From ANME-2 cluster archaeon (GTDB taxonomy: Archaea > Halobacteriota > Methanosarcinia > Methanosarcinales > Methanocomedenaceae), in assembly GCA_023544605.1 (NCBI GenBank), contig JAMJFQ010000002.1:1-43045 (forward strand): a stretch of 43,045 nucleotides of DNA. Direction: 5' to 3'. The notes below the pieces were generated by a model. It made no database searches. It saw only the letters and a program-made list of their open reading frames with translations, and was not told the origin of the DNA. Position numbers and translations under genes: made by a program. The first letter of the stretch is position 1; each line of letters starts with the position of its first letter. Below, piece after piece: positions 28,267 to 37,906 of this stretch.

Positions 28267-28668
28267 ATGGTGCACGTACAGCTCAAGAAAGACCATATCA
28301 GGCTGATCAGGGATGAACTGACCCTGCATGCTCCCAACGAGGCGTGCGGAGTGTTCATTGGCAGACACCAAAGAGACAGTATCATCGTCGATATCGTGGT
28401 ACCGATCAAGAATTCAATACCGTCTGATAGAAGTTTTGAACTGGATCCAAAGGAACATTATGAAGCCTGGAACCGGGCAGACGAAGAAAGGCTGGACATT
28501 GTAGGGGTGTATCATACCCATCCCCATTCAAAAGCAAGCCCCTCGGCATGGGATGAACAAAGTATGAAGAACTACCAGACCCTTTGGGTCATTGCCGGTA
28601 TTGACGGGGTAAGAGGATATGAATGGGACGGCTGTGTGAAACAAATTGAGATCAATGAAGTCCCTTAA
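28267..28668 (+). CDS. JAMM/MPN+ domain metalloprotease (stand-alone, ~133 aa)
   Basis: NEACGVFIG (catalytic Glu region) and HTHPHSKASPSAWD (the HxHx7Sx2D JAMM motif). GAGGTGG precedes ATG 28267; GTG 28255 is also possible. Starts 1-13 nt after the radical SAM stop. Confidence 0.8.
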   Translation: MVHVQLKKDHIRLIRDELTLHAPNEACGVFIGRHQRDSIIVDIVVPIKNSIPSDRSFELDPKEHYEAWNRADEERLDIVGVYHTHPHSKASPSAWDEQSMKNYQTLWVIAGIDGVRGYEWDGCVKQIEINEVP

Positions 28669-29413
28669 TGTCCCTCAGATGCCTGAAAATTGAATCAAGG
28701 GCATGGGCTAGTCCTTTCTGATTATCAAACCCACTCACGATCCCTTGCAGATAGTCGTTATCCTTCCCCTGGAGTTCCCCTATCATCTCTATTATGTTTG
28801 GCACTGCCCGGATAATGTTATCCACAATGGTAACAGTGGCCTTTTGGGATGTCCTGGACAGGGGGTTCAGGTCCACGGCAATGACCTGTTTTCCCATATT
28901 CATCAGTGCTTCGCATCTATCCCCATCCTCAAGCGGGACGAACACCACATCTGCCGAATAGATACCGCTTTGGCAAACGTTGTTCCTCTGGGATGATAGA
29001 CCGGGAATGGTTGCATCCGGCTCGGCTCCCAGTACCTCACGTGCCCCATGTACCTGCAGGTGCTTGATGATCTTAAGCACCCTCTCTTCGGTCCTGTAGA
29101 ACAGGTTCACTTCCAGTGGTGCGCCTGTCTTATCTGATAATTGCACAAGCTCCTCAGGCACCAGGGCTGCTGCATTACCATTCACTGATATGCCCGGTCG
29201 TTTGGCCAGCAATATCATAGCTGCAGCTGTATACTCGGCCGCCCTGGCAGATGATAGCGTATCCTCACCAATAAGATAATCAAAAGCCTCGCCCCTTCCC
29301 TGTGCGATCAGCCCTTCCAGGCTGGTGATGCCGTTATCCACACCGCTGACTATACGATGTCTGGTACTAAGAGATCGGTACCTGGGATGGTCCTGTGGAA
29401 TATCGGTCATCAA
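28652..29413 (-). CDS. 4-phosphopantoate--beta-alanine ligase (archaeal phosphopantothenate synthetase)
   Basis: HPRYRSL...GLIAQGRGEAFDYLIGE N-terminal signature of the archaeal PPS family. 253 aa. Confidence 0.8.
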   Translation of the reverse strand: MMTDIPQDHPRYRSLSTRHRIVSGVDNGITSLEGLIAQGRGEAFDYLIGEDTLSSARAAEYTAAAMILLAKRPGISVNGNAAALVPEELVQLSDKTGAPLEVNLFYRTEERVLKIIKHLQVHGAREVLGAEPDATIPGLSSQRNNVCQSGIYSADVVFVPLEDGDRCEALMNMGKQVIAVDLNPLSRTSQKATVTIVDNIIRAVPNIIEMIGELQGKDNDYLQGIVSGFDNQKGLAHALDSIFRHLRDIKGLH

Positions 29414-29669
29414 GACTATAAAAGGTGGCCAGCAGATTAAAACCTGTGGTAGTACACAGGCTACCTAGTTGTAGGTGCACTCAATCGATATTCGTGGTTT
29501 TTAGTGGTCTGACCATTAATCTTTTAATAAGTTCTTTTCTTCCAATCTCATCTAATGTATTATATATTATCCAAAAAACGTCCAATTTTGCATCCCCTGC
29601 TAATTTTTTTTAATGTTTGTTTATTGGTACTGTTTATTTATACAGTGACATTATATAAATGTTTCGGGG

Positions 29670-30425
29670 TTATCCATCCTGCCCATACGCATTTTGTACC
29701 AATCGATCATAGGTCAGTTCAAGTATGGTCTCAAGATTGCAGATATCTTCCTGATTGTACTTGACAAGTGTGTCCAGTGCATCCTCACTTCCCCGCTTGT
29801 ACCGGTGCCATAATCTTACAGCATCGAATCCTGTTAGGCCTGCTGTTTCACTGCTTCTTGCCAGACCAAGCACGGTCTCGATGTGCTTCAACCCCCCTGC
29901 CAACCCTATCCTGCGCAGGGGATACATCAGGTCGATATGAAGCTGGTCAAAGCGTATCTCTGGAAAATAGTGGGAGATAAAGGGCAGGTCGAACCGGGCA
30001 CCGTTGAAGGTAACTATGGTTGTGCAGCCGTCAAGTACATCGGGAAAATCCTCCAGGTCTATCCCATTTATGAACACCCGGCTTATGCCGCCCCCATACA
30101 CGCCGATCACTGTTAGCTCATCACGTTGTTGGGACAGCCCGGTCGTTTCGATGTCCAGGAACAGTGTATCCTTGCTGAACTGCCGGTATGCCCGCCAATG
30201 CTCTTTGGAGGGCAGGGTACTGGCAAAGTATGTGTGGTCCTTGGTCTCAAGTCGCTGCCGGGATTCTTCAATGCCGTCAAGCAGCTGCTCTATCTTTGAT
30301 GGAGACATACCGACCACCTGGTGGTTATCGCAAAACTCATCCCAGGACCCTATTCCGCAACTCCATATTTTCCTCTCGGTCGAGGTACCGATGCGTGGAA
30401 TGTGAATATAACTGTTGGTGAGCAT
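29670..30425 (-). CDS. RNase H-fold 3'-5' exonuclease-like protein (YprB/COG3359-like)
   Basis: LFLDIETTGL (DxE exonuclease motif I), TFNGARFDLPF and YNQEDI motifs. Confidence 0.7.
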   Translation of the reverse strand: MLTNSYIHIPRIGTSTERKIWSCGIGSWDEFCDNHQVVGMSPSKIEQLLDGIEESRQRLETKDHTYFASTLPSKEHWRAYRQFSKDTLFLDIETTGLSQQRDELTVIGVYGGGISRVFINGIDLEDFPDVLDGCTTIVTFNGARFDLPFISHYFPEIRFDQLHIDLMYPLRRIGLAGGLKHIETVLGLARSSETAGLTGFDAVRLWHRYKRGSEDALDTLVKYNQEDICNLETILELTYDRLVQNAYGQDG

Positions 30426-30496
30426 AGCCGGATATATGGATTTCGGGGTATAAATATCCCAACATTAATAATCCTTGAGAGTAGTAAAAAGATATC

Positions 30497-31507
30497 ATGA
30501 TACGCGCTGGGATTATCGGAGCATCCGGCTACACTGGCGGCGAACTGATGCGCCTGCTGGCCAACCACCCGGAGGTAGAAGTGGTATGTGCCACATCACG
30601 CCGCCTTGATGGCACACAGGTGAGCCAAAACCATCCCCACCTGAGGAGCTTTACAAACCTGAAGTTCCAAAACCTTGACGCAGGCGAGGTGGCCGGACAA
30701 TGCGACGTTGTGTTCACCGCAGTACCCCATGGCAGCGCCATGGATGTCGTACCGCAATTATTGGAATCAGGCACAAAAGTGATAGACCTCAGTGCAGATT
30801 ACCGACTGCCGTATGATGTATTTGAGCAGGTCTACGGACTCGAGCACAAGGCACCCCGCGATGCGGTCTTCGGGCTGGTTGAACTGCACCCTGAGGTGTG
30901 CGATGCTTCACTCGTGGCGAATCCGGGATGTTACCCCACCGGAGCAACGCTTGCTGCCGCACCATTGGCTGCAGAAGGACTGATAGAGCAGGCGATATTC
31001 GATTCCAAAAGTGGTATATCAGGAGCCGGCGTCGAACCGAGCCAGGCATCCCATTATCCCAACATGGCCGAGAACATACAGGCATACAAGCTCACGACCC
31101 ACCGCCATGGTGCTGAAATGCGACAGGAACTGGGACGTCTGGATGGCAACATCAAGGTCAGTTTCACCCCCCATGTCATTCCATCGGTCAGGGGTATCCT
31201 GACCACAGCACACCTGTTCCTCAAAGCAGGGACGGACCACTCACAAGTGGCCGATATCTACCAGCGGTTCTACAAGGACAATCCTTTTATCAGGCTATTG
31301 GACAGTATTCCCATGCTGGGTCCGGTCCGCGGCTCCAATTTCTGCGACATAGGGTTCGAGATGGATGCTGACGGACATCGGCTGGTCGTGGTATCTGCCA
31401 TAGATAATTTGGTAAAAGGGGCGTCTGGACAGGCGGTGCAGAACATGAACCTAATGTTCGGGCTTGATGAAACGATGGGACTTTGGAACCCGGCGGTCTT
31501 TCCTTAG
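30497..31507 (+). CDS. argC: N-acetyl-gamma-glutamyl-phosphate reductase
   Basis: GIIGASGYTGGEL and ANPGCYPT (catalytic Cys). 336 aa. Confidence 0.95.
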   Translation: MIRAGIIGASGYTGGELMRLLANHPEVEVVCATSRRLDGTQVSQNHPHLRSFTNLKFQNLDAGEVAGQCDVVFTAVPHGSAMDVVPQLLESGTKVIDLSADYRLPYDVFEQVYGLEHKAPRDAVFGLVELHPEVCDASLVANPGCYPTGATLAAAPLAAEGLIEQAIFDSKSGISGAGVEPSQASHYPNMAENIQAYKLTTHRHGAEMRQELGRLDGNIKVSFTPHVIPSVRGILTTAHLFLKAGTDHSQVADIYQRFYKDNPFIRLLDSIPMLGPVRGSNFCDIGFEMDADGHRLVVVSAIDNLVKGASGQAVQNMNLMFGLDETMGLWNPAVFP

Positions 31508-31510
31508 GAA

Positions 31511-31990
31511 ATGATGATCATGCAGATAAAAGAAATAATGACAACAAATGTAATATCATGCAGCCCGGATGAGCCGGTCAAGCATGCTGCTCAACTGCTC
31601 AGGGAACATAAGATCAGTGGTATCCCGGTGGTAGAGGATGGTAAGGTGGTAGGTATGGTAACCGGGAGCGATATTCTCAGGTTACTGGAAGTGCCGGAAA
31701 AGGACAGCCACCTGTGGCTGCCCAGTCCTTTCGAGATCATCGAAGTACCCCTTCGAGAACTTATCAGCTGGGAGGAGGCAAAACATGCCCTCGAGGATGT
31801 GGGTGCAAAGAGCCTGGCCGATGTGATGAGCAGCCCGGTAGTAACTGCAAATGCTTCTGATAGTCTGGAGACGGTGGCATCAAGGATGGTTAAACATAAC
31901 ATCAACCGTGTACCAATACTGGAGAATGGTGAGCTGGTGGGGATTGTTACGCGCCAGGATATCATGGCAGGTCTGGCGTTGTCGGCCTGA
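31511..31990 (+). CDS. CBS domain pair protein
   Basis: Two CBS repeats (IMTTNVISC...ISGIPVV and VMSSPVVTA...INRVPIL). Sits between argC and argJ with 3-nt and 18-nt gaps. Confidence 0.85.
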   Translation: MMIMQIKEIMTTNVISCSPDEPVKHAAQLLREHKISGIPVVEDGKVVGMVTGSDILRLLEVPEKDSHLWLPSPFEIIEVPLRELISWEEAKHALEDVGAKSLADVMSSPVVTANASDSLETVASRMVKHNINRVPILENGELVGIVTRQDIMAGLALSA

Positions 31991-32008
31991 GAGAAGGAGG
32001 GGGGCTGC

Positions 32009-33178
32009 GTGAAAACTATTGACGGCGGCATCTGTGCCGTTAAGGGTGTCACTGCGTGGGGTGTAAAAGAGGGAAAGTATGGTCTCGCCTTGATCCGCGC
32101 CGAGGGCAGCGCTGCAGGTGTGTTCACCCGTAATCGTGTTATTGCCGCACCACTTGTCCTGACCCGGCAGCACCTTGAAGGGGGCAAACTGTCTGCAGTT
32201 ATCGTAAATAGCGGAAATGCCAATGCTTTCACTGGCAAGGGCGGACTGGAGGATTCAAAGGCAATGGCTGCATTGGCGGCTGACAGGCTGGGTATAGATG
32301 CAGGGAGCATGGGTGTAGCGTCCACAGGTGTTATCGGCCGCAGACTTGATATGAACATCATCCAGTCCCAGTTAGACCCGGTGACGGAAGCGCTGACCCA
32401 CAATCCTGAGGGGAGCACACACTGCGCAAAGGCCATCATGACCACTGACACATTCTCAAAAGAGGCAGCTGTTGAGCTTTCCAACGGCATACGTATAGGC
32501 GCCATTGCCAAAGGCAGCGGCATGATCGAGCCAAATATGGGTACCATGCTGGCATTTATTTGTACCGATGCAGCCCTGGATGCTGGAACGCTCAAGCAGT
32601 GTTTACTCTCTGCTGTGGATACAAGTTTTAACATGGTAGTGGTGGACGGAGATACCAGTACCAACGACATGGCACTGATAACCGCCACCGGACAGTCTGG
32701 CACACCTGACATTGACGAATTCCAGGCCGGGCTGGATCGGGTATGCACCCTACTTGCCCGGATGATAGCCAGGGACGGAGAGGGGGCCACCCGGCTCATC
32801 GAGGCCAGGGTGACCGGAGCAGCCAGCTCCACCGATGCCGTACTGGTAGCAAAGGCCATAGTCCGCTCACCCCTGGTGAAATCGGCAGTGTTCGGACGCG
32901 ACCCTAACTGGGGGCGGGTAATAGCAGCAGTGGGATATTCAGGTGCACAGGTGGAACCGGAGGTACTTAGCCTGGCATTTGCCAACCAGAACACCTTTGC
33001 CAAACTGGTGGAAGGAGGAGATATCCTGGAAGTTCCAATGGAGCTGCTCAAGGAGATCATGGGGTCTGAAGAGATCATCATCCATGTGGACCTGAAGGTT
33101 GGCAGCGGGAGTGCTACTGCCTGGGGATGTGACCTGTCCTATGATTATGTGCGCATCAATGCCGAGTACACCACGTAA
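32009..33178 (+). CDS. argJ: bifunctional ornithine acetyltransferase / N-acetylglutamate synthase
   Basis: GTG start after GAAGGAGG. PNMGTMLAFICTDA autoprocessing site, NDMAL and DPNWGR motifs. Confidence 0.9.
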   Translation: MKTIDGGICAVKGVTAWGVKEGKYGLALIRAEGSAAGVFTRNRVIAAPLVLTRQHLEGGKLSAVIVNSGNANAFTGKGGLEDSKAMAALAADRLGIDAGSMGVASTGVIGRRLDMNIIQSQLDPVTEALTHNPEGSTHCAKAIMTTDTFSKEAAVELSNGIRIGAIAKGSGMIEPNMGTMLAFICTDAALDAGTLKQCLLSAVDTSFNMVVVDGDTSTNDMALITATGQSGTPDIDEFQAGLDRVCTLLARMIARDGEGATRLIEARVTGAASSTDAVLVAKAIVRSPLVKSAVFGRDPNWGRVIAAVGYSGAQVEPEVLSLAFANQNTFAKLVEGGDILEVPMELLKEIMGSEEIIIHVDLKVGSGSATAWGCDLSYDYVRINAEYTT

Positions 33179-33262
33179 ACTGCAAATGCCACGAACGAAA
33201 CAATGAAGTGCTAAGAGTAATATTTACACTCCAGATTCAAGGTAGATATTGGAGGACATGCA

Positions 33263-34834
33263 ATGAAAGTTCTGGTCAGTGATTCCCTATCTGATAAGGG
33301 TATTGAGATATTGAAAAAAGAAGTTGACGTTGACATTAAGACAGGCATGAGCCCTGATGAACTGAAGAGCTGTATAGGGGAATACGACGCCCTCGTGGTC
33401 AGGAGCCAGACTCAGGTGACACCGGATATCATTAAAGCCGCTACTAACCTGAAGATCATCGGTCGTGCCGGTGTGGGTGTGGACAACATCGATGTGGAAA
33501 CCGCCACCCAGCATGGTATAATTGTCATAAACGCCCCTGAAGGCAACATGATATCGGCAGCCGAGCATACGATCGCCATGATGATGTCACTATCAAGGAA
33601 CATCCCGCAGGCAAACCAGTCCCTCAAGTCAGGGAAATGGGACCGCAAGAAATTCATGGGTGTTGAAGTAAGGGGCAAGACCCTGGGTGTTATTGGTTTG
33701 GGCAGGATAGGTGCCGAAGTGGCAAAGCGTGCCCAGGGCATGGAGATGAATATCCTGGCCTATGACCCGTTCATCAGCGAAGAGCGGGCCACGGAACTGG
33801 GCGTTACCCTCACCACTGTCGATGATATTGTGGTACATTCAGACTACATTACAGTACACACGCCCCTGACAAAAGAGACCAAAAACCTGATCGATAAGGA
33901 ACAGTTTGACAAGGCCAAACCCGGTGTACTTTTCATTAACTGTGCCCGGGGTGGTATCATCAACGAACAAGCCCTGGCCGAAGCCGTATCCACTGGCAAG
34001 GTCGCAGGGGCCGCGATCGATGTATTTGTCAACGAGCCGCCCGAGGGGTCGCCGCTGCTGGAGCAGGACAATATCATAGTTACTCCCCACCTGGGAGCCT
34101 CAACCAAGGAAGCTCAGGTGAACGTCGCTGTGGACGTGGCAGAACAGATAATTAATTTCAGTAAAGGATTACCTATTCAAAACGCCATCAATATGCCCTA
34201 TGTAAAACAAGAGGTCATGAAAGTACTGCAGCCCTACCTTCCGTTGGCCGAGAAGATAGGAAGACTGGCTGCACAGTTGATGGAAAATAAATACGAGCGT
34301 ATCGAGCTGTCCTACAGCGGAGATATTTCGAAAAGGGATACCGGACCCGTGACCGTAGCTGCCCTGAAAGGAGTACTGGAATTTGCTATGGGGTCATCAG
34401 TGAACTATATTAACGCGCCGGTGATAGCCAAGGAGCGCAAGATCAAGGTCATTGAGTCAAAATCCCAGACCTCTGAGAGTTATTCCAATCTGATCATGCT
34501 GCAACTTAGTAGCAACGGTCATGTGAAAACAGTTGCTGGCACAATGGTCGGTACTAATCCCAGGATCGTGCAGATAAATGAATATAGTATCGATGTGCTG
34601 CCTTCCGGACACATGATGCTTGCAACGCATGAAGACCACCCCAATATCATCGGACCGTGTTGTATGGTACTGGGCAAACATGACATCAATATTGCAGGTA
34701 TGCAGGTTGGCCGCATTAAGGCAGGTGGCACGGCTATCATGGTCCTTAATGTAGATTCTGATATCAGTGATGACATCCTGGATGAGATTCGGGAAGTGAA
34801 TGGCATTATTGATGCGAAGATGGTTTATCTGTAA
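33263..34834 (+). CDS. serA: D-3-phosphoglycerate dehydrogenase (long form with C-terminal ACT domain)
   Basis: GVIGLGRIGAEVA NAD-binding motif, CARGG and TPHLGAST. 523 aa with a regulatory C-terminus. Confidence 0.9.
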   Translation: MKVLVSDSLSDKGIEILKKEVDVDIKTGMSPDELKSCIGEYDALVVRSQTQVTPDIIKAATNLKIIGRAGVGVDNIDVETATQHGIIVINAPEGNMISAAEHTIAMMMSLSRNIPQANQSLKSGKWDRKKFMGVEVRGKTLGVIGLGRIGAEVAKRAQGMEMNILAYDPFISEERATELGVTLTTVDDIVVHSDYITVHTPLTKETKNLIDKEQFDKAKPGVLFINCARGGIINEQALAEAVSTGKVAGAAIDVFVNEPPEGSPLLEQDNIIVTPHLGASTKEAQVNVAVDVAEQIINFSKGLPIQNAINMPYVKQEVMKVLQPYLPLAEKIGRLAAQLMENKYERIELSYSGDISKRDTGPVTVAALKGVLEFAMGSSVNYINAPVIAKERKIKVIESKSQTSESYSNLIMLQLSSNGHVKTVAGTMVGTNPRIVQINEYSIDVLPSGHMMLATHEDHPNIIGPCCMVLGKHDINIAGMQVGRIKAGGTAIMVLNVDSDISDDILDEIREVNGIIDAKMVYL

Positions 34835-34882
34835 ACTACCAAAGAAAATTATAAATAGTCCAGAATACTATGGTTAGTTATT

Positions 34883-35164
34883 ATGGAAGTGCTATTCCGT
34901 GTAGTTGCCTCTGAAAAGGACCTGGAAGAGATAACATTCAAAGATAATAATATCCATTTCTGTTTCAGACCCTCAGAAAAGGATATATTTTACATAATCC
35001 GGAAAAATCCCAACATCAAAATGATACAGCTTCCAACGTCCTATTTCAATACCTTATCAAATACCACAAAGAAAATACTCTCTATGAACAAGATCGAGAT
35101 CAAAGTGGGAAATGTATGGGGCCACAGAACTGACATAGATAAGTACAAGACAGTCGAGATTTGA
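34883..35164 (+). CDS. small conserved archaeal protein (DUF1699-like), shorter paralog of 5509-5904
   Basis: Shares FRPSEKDIF, PTSY and GNVWGHRTDIDKY with the ORF at 5509. AT-rich. Confidence 0.55.
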   Translation: MEVLFRVVASEKDLEEITFKDNNIHFCFRPSEKDIFYIIRKNPNIKMIQLPTSYFNTLSNTTKKILSMNKIEIKVGNVWGHRTDIDKYKTVEI

Positions 35165-35187
35165 ACCTGCATCTGACTTTGGTTGTC

Positions 35188-35763
35188 TTATAGTCCTTTT
35201 AATACTACCAGTTTTTCAAAAAAATGCCTGGACTCGGCCACCTGTTCCACAGACATACCTGCATCCTGCATTAGGCTGGTCACTTCGTTGATTCCTGTTA
35301 GGGATGATATAAGCAGCAATACCTGGCCGTTCGTTTTGAGATGTGTTCCCACCTCCTCAACAAACCGGCTGATGATATCCCTGCCGCTCATACCCCCATC
35401 AAGCATCAGGTCATCCCAACCACCCACACGCTCATCCTCTGAGGTGGGAAGGTAAGGGGGGTTAAAGACAACCATATCAAAGGTACCCTTGATACCTGCA
35501 AACAGGTCGGTCCTCACCGCGTCTATGCCATTGAGCCTGGCACACCGTACTGCATGGGGGTTAATGTCAGTTGCAACCACCGAAACACAGCGTTCTAGGG
35601 CAAATACCGAAACAATGCCACTACCGCAACCCACTTCAAGCACATGACTCCCCGGTCTTATATTCTCCAGCAGTGCATCCACCAGTAAAAAACTGTCCTC
35701 TGCCGGTTCATATATGTTAGGCAACAGCTGCACGGTCCTGTCACGGTACGTAATGGATATCAT
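35188..35763 (-). CDS. HemK-related / Mtq2-like N5-glutamine methyltransferase
   Basis: VLEVGCGSG SAM-binding motif and NPPY catalytic motif (VVFNPPYLP). 191 aa. 4-nt overlap with ksgA. Confidence 0.8.
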   Translation of the reverse strand: MISITYRDRTVQLLPNIYEPAEDSFLLVDALLENIRPGSHVLEVGCGSGIVSVFALERCVSVVATDINPHAVRCARLNGIDAVRTDLFAGIKGTFDMVVFNPPYLPTSEDERVGGWDDLMLDGGMSGRDIISRFVEEVGTHLKTNGQVLLLISSLTGINEVTSLMQDAGMSVEQVAESRHFFEKLVVLKGL

Positions 35764-36521
35764 GTGCCGTCCATTATGATATTGGATAATCCGGCCAGCT
35801 CTTGCGGGGTAAGGGTCTCAGGTCTACGGCGCAGTACGTTTTCCTCCAGTCGCGATATGTTCCCGATCGGGATCCCCAGCATGGGTGCCGCAGCAGTGAT
35901 GGAATTCTTCAACATTTTCCTGCGCTGCCCGAACACCGCCTTTAACAATCCATTAAAGAAATCCAGGTCGTTGACCTGATATGGTGCCTCACGTGGTGTG
36001 AGCTTTAATATGGCAGATCTGACCCTGGGTTGAGGTTTGAACGCCGAAGGGGGTACAATCTCCAGCATTTCGATGTTAGCATGGTATTGCGCTGTCACTG
36101 AAAGCCGGCTATAATCAGCAGTCCCGGGAGCGGCAAGCATGCGTTTCGCAAACTCCAGCTGATACATCAGAACAGCATATTCAAATCCAGCGCCCAGCAG
36201 CTTAAAAGTGATCTCGGACGATATCTGGTAGGGCAGGTTGGCGACTATCTTGTTAAAATACGGCAGCTCTACCTTCAATGCATCCCCCTGTATAACGACC
36301 ACGTTGGTATCCCTGGTCATTAACGTTAATCTATCTGCCAGGTCACGGTCAAGTTCGATGGTGACCACATGGCCTGCAACTTCAGCCAGTTTCCGGGTAA
36401 GAATACCGTTACCCCCGCCGATTTCCAGAACGGTATCTGAAATGTTCAGGTCGGCATACCGGACTATCCTCTCGAGGATATGCTGGTCAATTAGAAAATG
36501 CTGTCCAAGCCTGGGCTTCAT
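35760..36521 (-). CDS. ksgA: 16S rRNA (adenine-N6,N6)-dimethyltransferase KsgA/Dim1
   Basis: LGQHFL N-terminus, LEIGGGNG, and ANLPYQISS. Confidence 0.9.
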   Translation of the reverse strand: MKPRLGQHFLIDQHILERIVRYADLNISDTVLEIGGGNGILTRKLAEVAGHVVTIELDRDLADRLTLMTRDTNVVVIQGDALKVELPYFNKIVANLPYQISSEITFKLLGAGFEYAVLMYQLEFAKRMLAAPGTADYSRLSVTAQYHANIEMLEIVPPSAFKPQPRVRSAILKLTPREAPYQVNDLDFFNGLLKAVFGQRRKMLKNSITAAAPMLGIPIGNISRLEENVLRRRPETLTPQELAGLSNIIMDGT

Positions 36522-37123
36522 CGACTATAGCTGCGGGCCTTTGGCGGAGTTGTGAAGAGACGATACTTTACATTCTCGTCCTTTAATTCATCAATTATCC
36601 TGTGTACTATCAGTTTCTCAGGCGTATGCAGGCCCTTGACCCTGTCTGTGATTTCTTTGAAACTGTGGAATTCTCCCTTCTTCCGCTCATCTATGATGCC
36701 CCACATGAGTTTCTTACCGATACCGGGAAGTAGTTCCAGCATATGAAGCCGATTTGTAATGGGATAAGCGTCACTGAAAAAACGGACATATTTTGGTTCG
36801 TCCCCTGCTATAATGTTCTCCAGGATGTAAGGCAGTTCAAGTTGTGCCCCGTGGGTAAGTTCATCATAGGTTATTCTGCGCTTGACATGGTCAATAATTT
36901 CCCGATCCCCATCACCAATGTATACCCTATCCTGTGTCTCAGGAACAGCCCCTTCCTTTGGTATTAGTTCCATAAGCACGAAATGTGATTCACCCACTGC
37001 CTGTACAAGCGGTTTTTTCTGGTATACAGGCCTGGGATCACCTGGATTGCCATACGGCAGGTAATCAAGTATAAATGCCCAATCTTCAATCTGGGGTTTT
37101 TTATCTAACACCATACCTTCCAC
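36518..37123 (-). CDS. DUF655 protein (helix-hairpin-helix, predicted nucleic-acid binding)
   Basis: ILDYLPYG N-terminal OB-like part and C-terminal LELLPGIGKK HhH motif. Lies in the conserved rpoF-DUF655-ksgA arrangement. Confidence 0.8.
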   Translation of the reverse strand: MEGMVLDKKPQIEDWAFILDYLPYGNPGDPRPVYQKKPLVQAVGESHFVLMELIPKEGAVPETQDRVYIGDGDREIIDHVKRRITYDELTHGAQLELPYILENIIAGDEPKYVRFFSDAYPITNRLHMLELLPGIGKKLMWGIIDERKKGEFHSFKEITDRVKGLHTPEKLIVHRIIDELKDENVKYRLFTTPPKARSYSR

Positions 37124-37212
37124 TCATCCACTAATATATATTTTTTACAAATTGAAGTTAAATTTTATGAATAACATTGCATATAAGCTTTTAGATTATT
37201 CTCATGGGTAAT

Positions 37213-37563
37213 CTAATAGGCATCAGTGACAGTGTCTAATATTTTGGTGAGTTCCTCTTCCGAGAGAGTAAATCTTTCCTTGGCATAAATAGACCGGATC
37301 TCATCAAAAGAAGTCGGCATGATATCAGCCAGTCGGTATGCGATCTCTGGTTTCATTTTCTCCAGTTTGAGAAGTTCTTCCACCAGTTTCCTGGATTTGA
37401 CCCCATCTGTCTTGGAAGATAATTCTGCATGGTTGATGGCCCGCCTGAGTTCATATCCCAGTTCCATCTCTTGTTCAGTCCTGCTTTCCCTGATATCTAA
37501 CAATATCTCCTTTGCTTCTGCAATGGTCAACATTTCCTCTTCAAATACCTTTTTTACTATCAT
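37213..37563 (-). CDS. rpoF: DNA-directed RNA polymerase subunit F (Rpo4)
   Basis: 116 aa, helical, LTIAEAKEIL N-terminus. Position between rpl21e and DUF655. Confidence 0.75.
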   Translation of the reverse strand: MIVKKVFEEEMLTIAEAKEILLDIRESRTEQEMELGYELRRAINHAELSSKTDGVKSRKLVEELLKLEKMKPEIAYRLADIMPTSFDEIRSIYAKERFTLSEEELTKILDTVTDAY

Positions 37564-37595
37564 AAAAAACTATCCTGGATACCACGTATCCATTA

Positions 37596-37901
37596 TCATA
37601 CCTGAGGACGCAGATGTTGCGGGAACAGGATTACTTCTTTAGTTGCATTTCCGTCAGTGACCGCTACAATGAATGCACGACCTCTCTGTCCTATCACTTT
37701 TCCTGTCTTGCCGTGGAACTTGGGATTGGACATGCCTCTATGAACACTTGGGTCCAGTTTGATGTGAACAGATTGACCTATATCAAACTCCTGAATGGCA
37801 CGTGACACGGGACTAAGTCCTCTTTCCCGCACACTTTTCTGTAATTTATCCCTGGTCTTCCTTCTCTCACCATGTGATTTTGACACTGTTATATCCTCCA
37901 A
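37596..37901 (-). CDS. rpl21e: 50S ribosomal protein L21e
   Basis: [20 protein letters not shown] and [10 protein letters not shown]. Confidence 0.9.
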   Translation of the reverse strand: MEDITVSKSHGERRKTRDKLQKSVRERGLSPVSRAIQEFDIGQSVHIKLDPSVHRGMSNPKFHGKTGKVIGQRGRAFIVAVTDGNATKEVILFPQHLRPQV

Positions 37902-37906
37902 TTAAA

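Noticed and set aside
28255-28668. A ubiquitin-like (SAMP/ThiS/MoaD) partner gene next to the JAMM protease
   Set aside because: No small ORF ending in Gly-Gly is evident in the ORF track or in the short flanking gaps, so no Ubl-JAMM pair can be claimed here.
31591-33081. 496-aa minus-strand ORF, the longest unexplained ORF in the track
   Set aside because: It lies entirely antisense to the well-supported CBS and argJ genes. Its product is low-complexity and Ser/Ala/Pro/Thr-rich with no motifs. This is a typical stop-free antisense frame of a GC-biased coding region.
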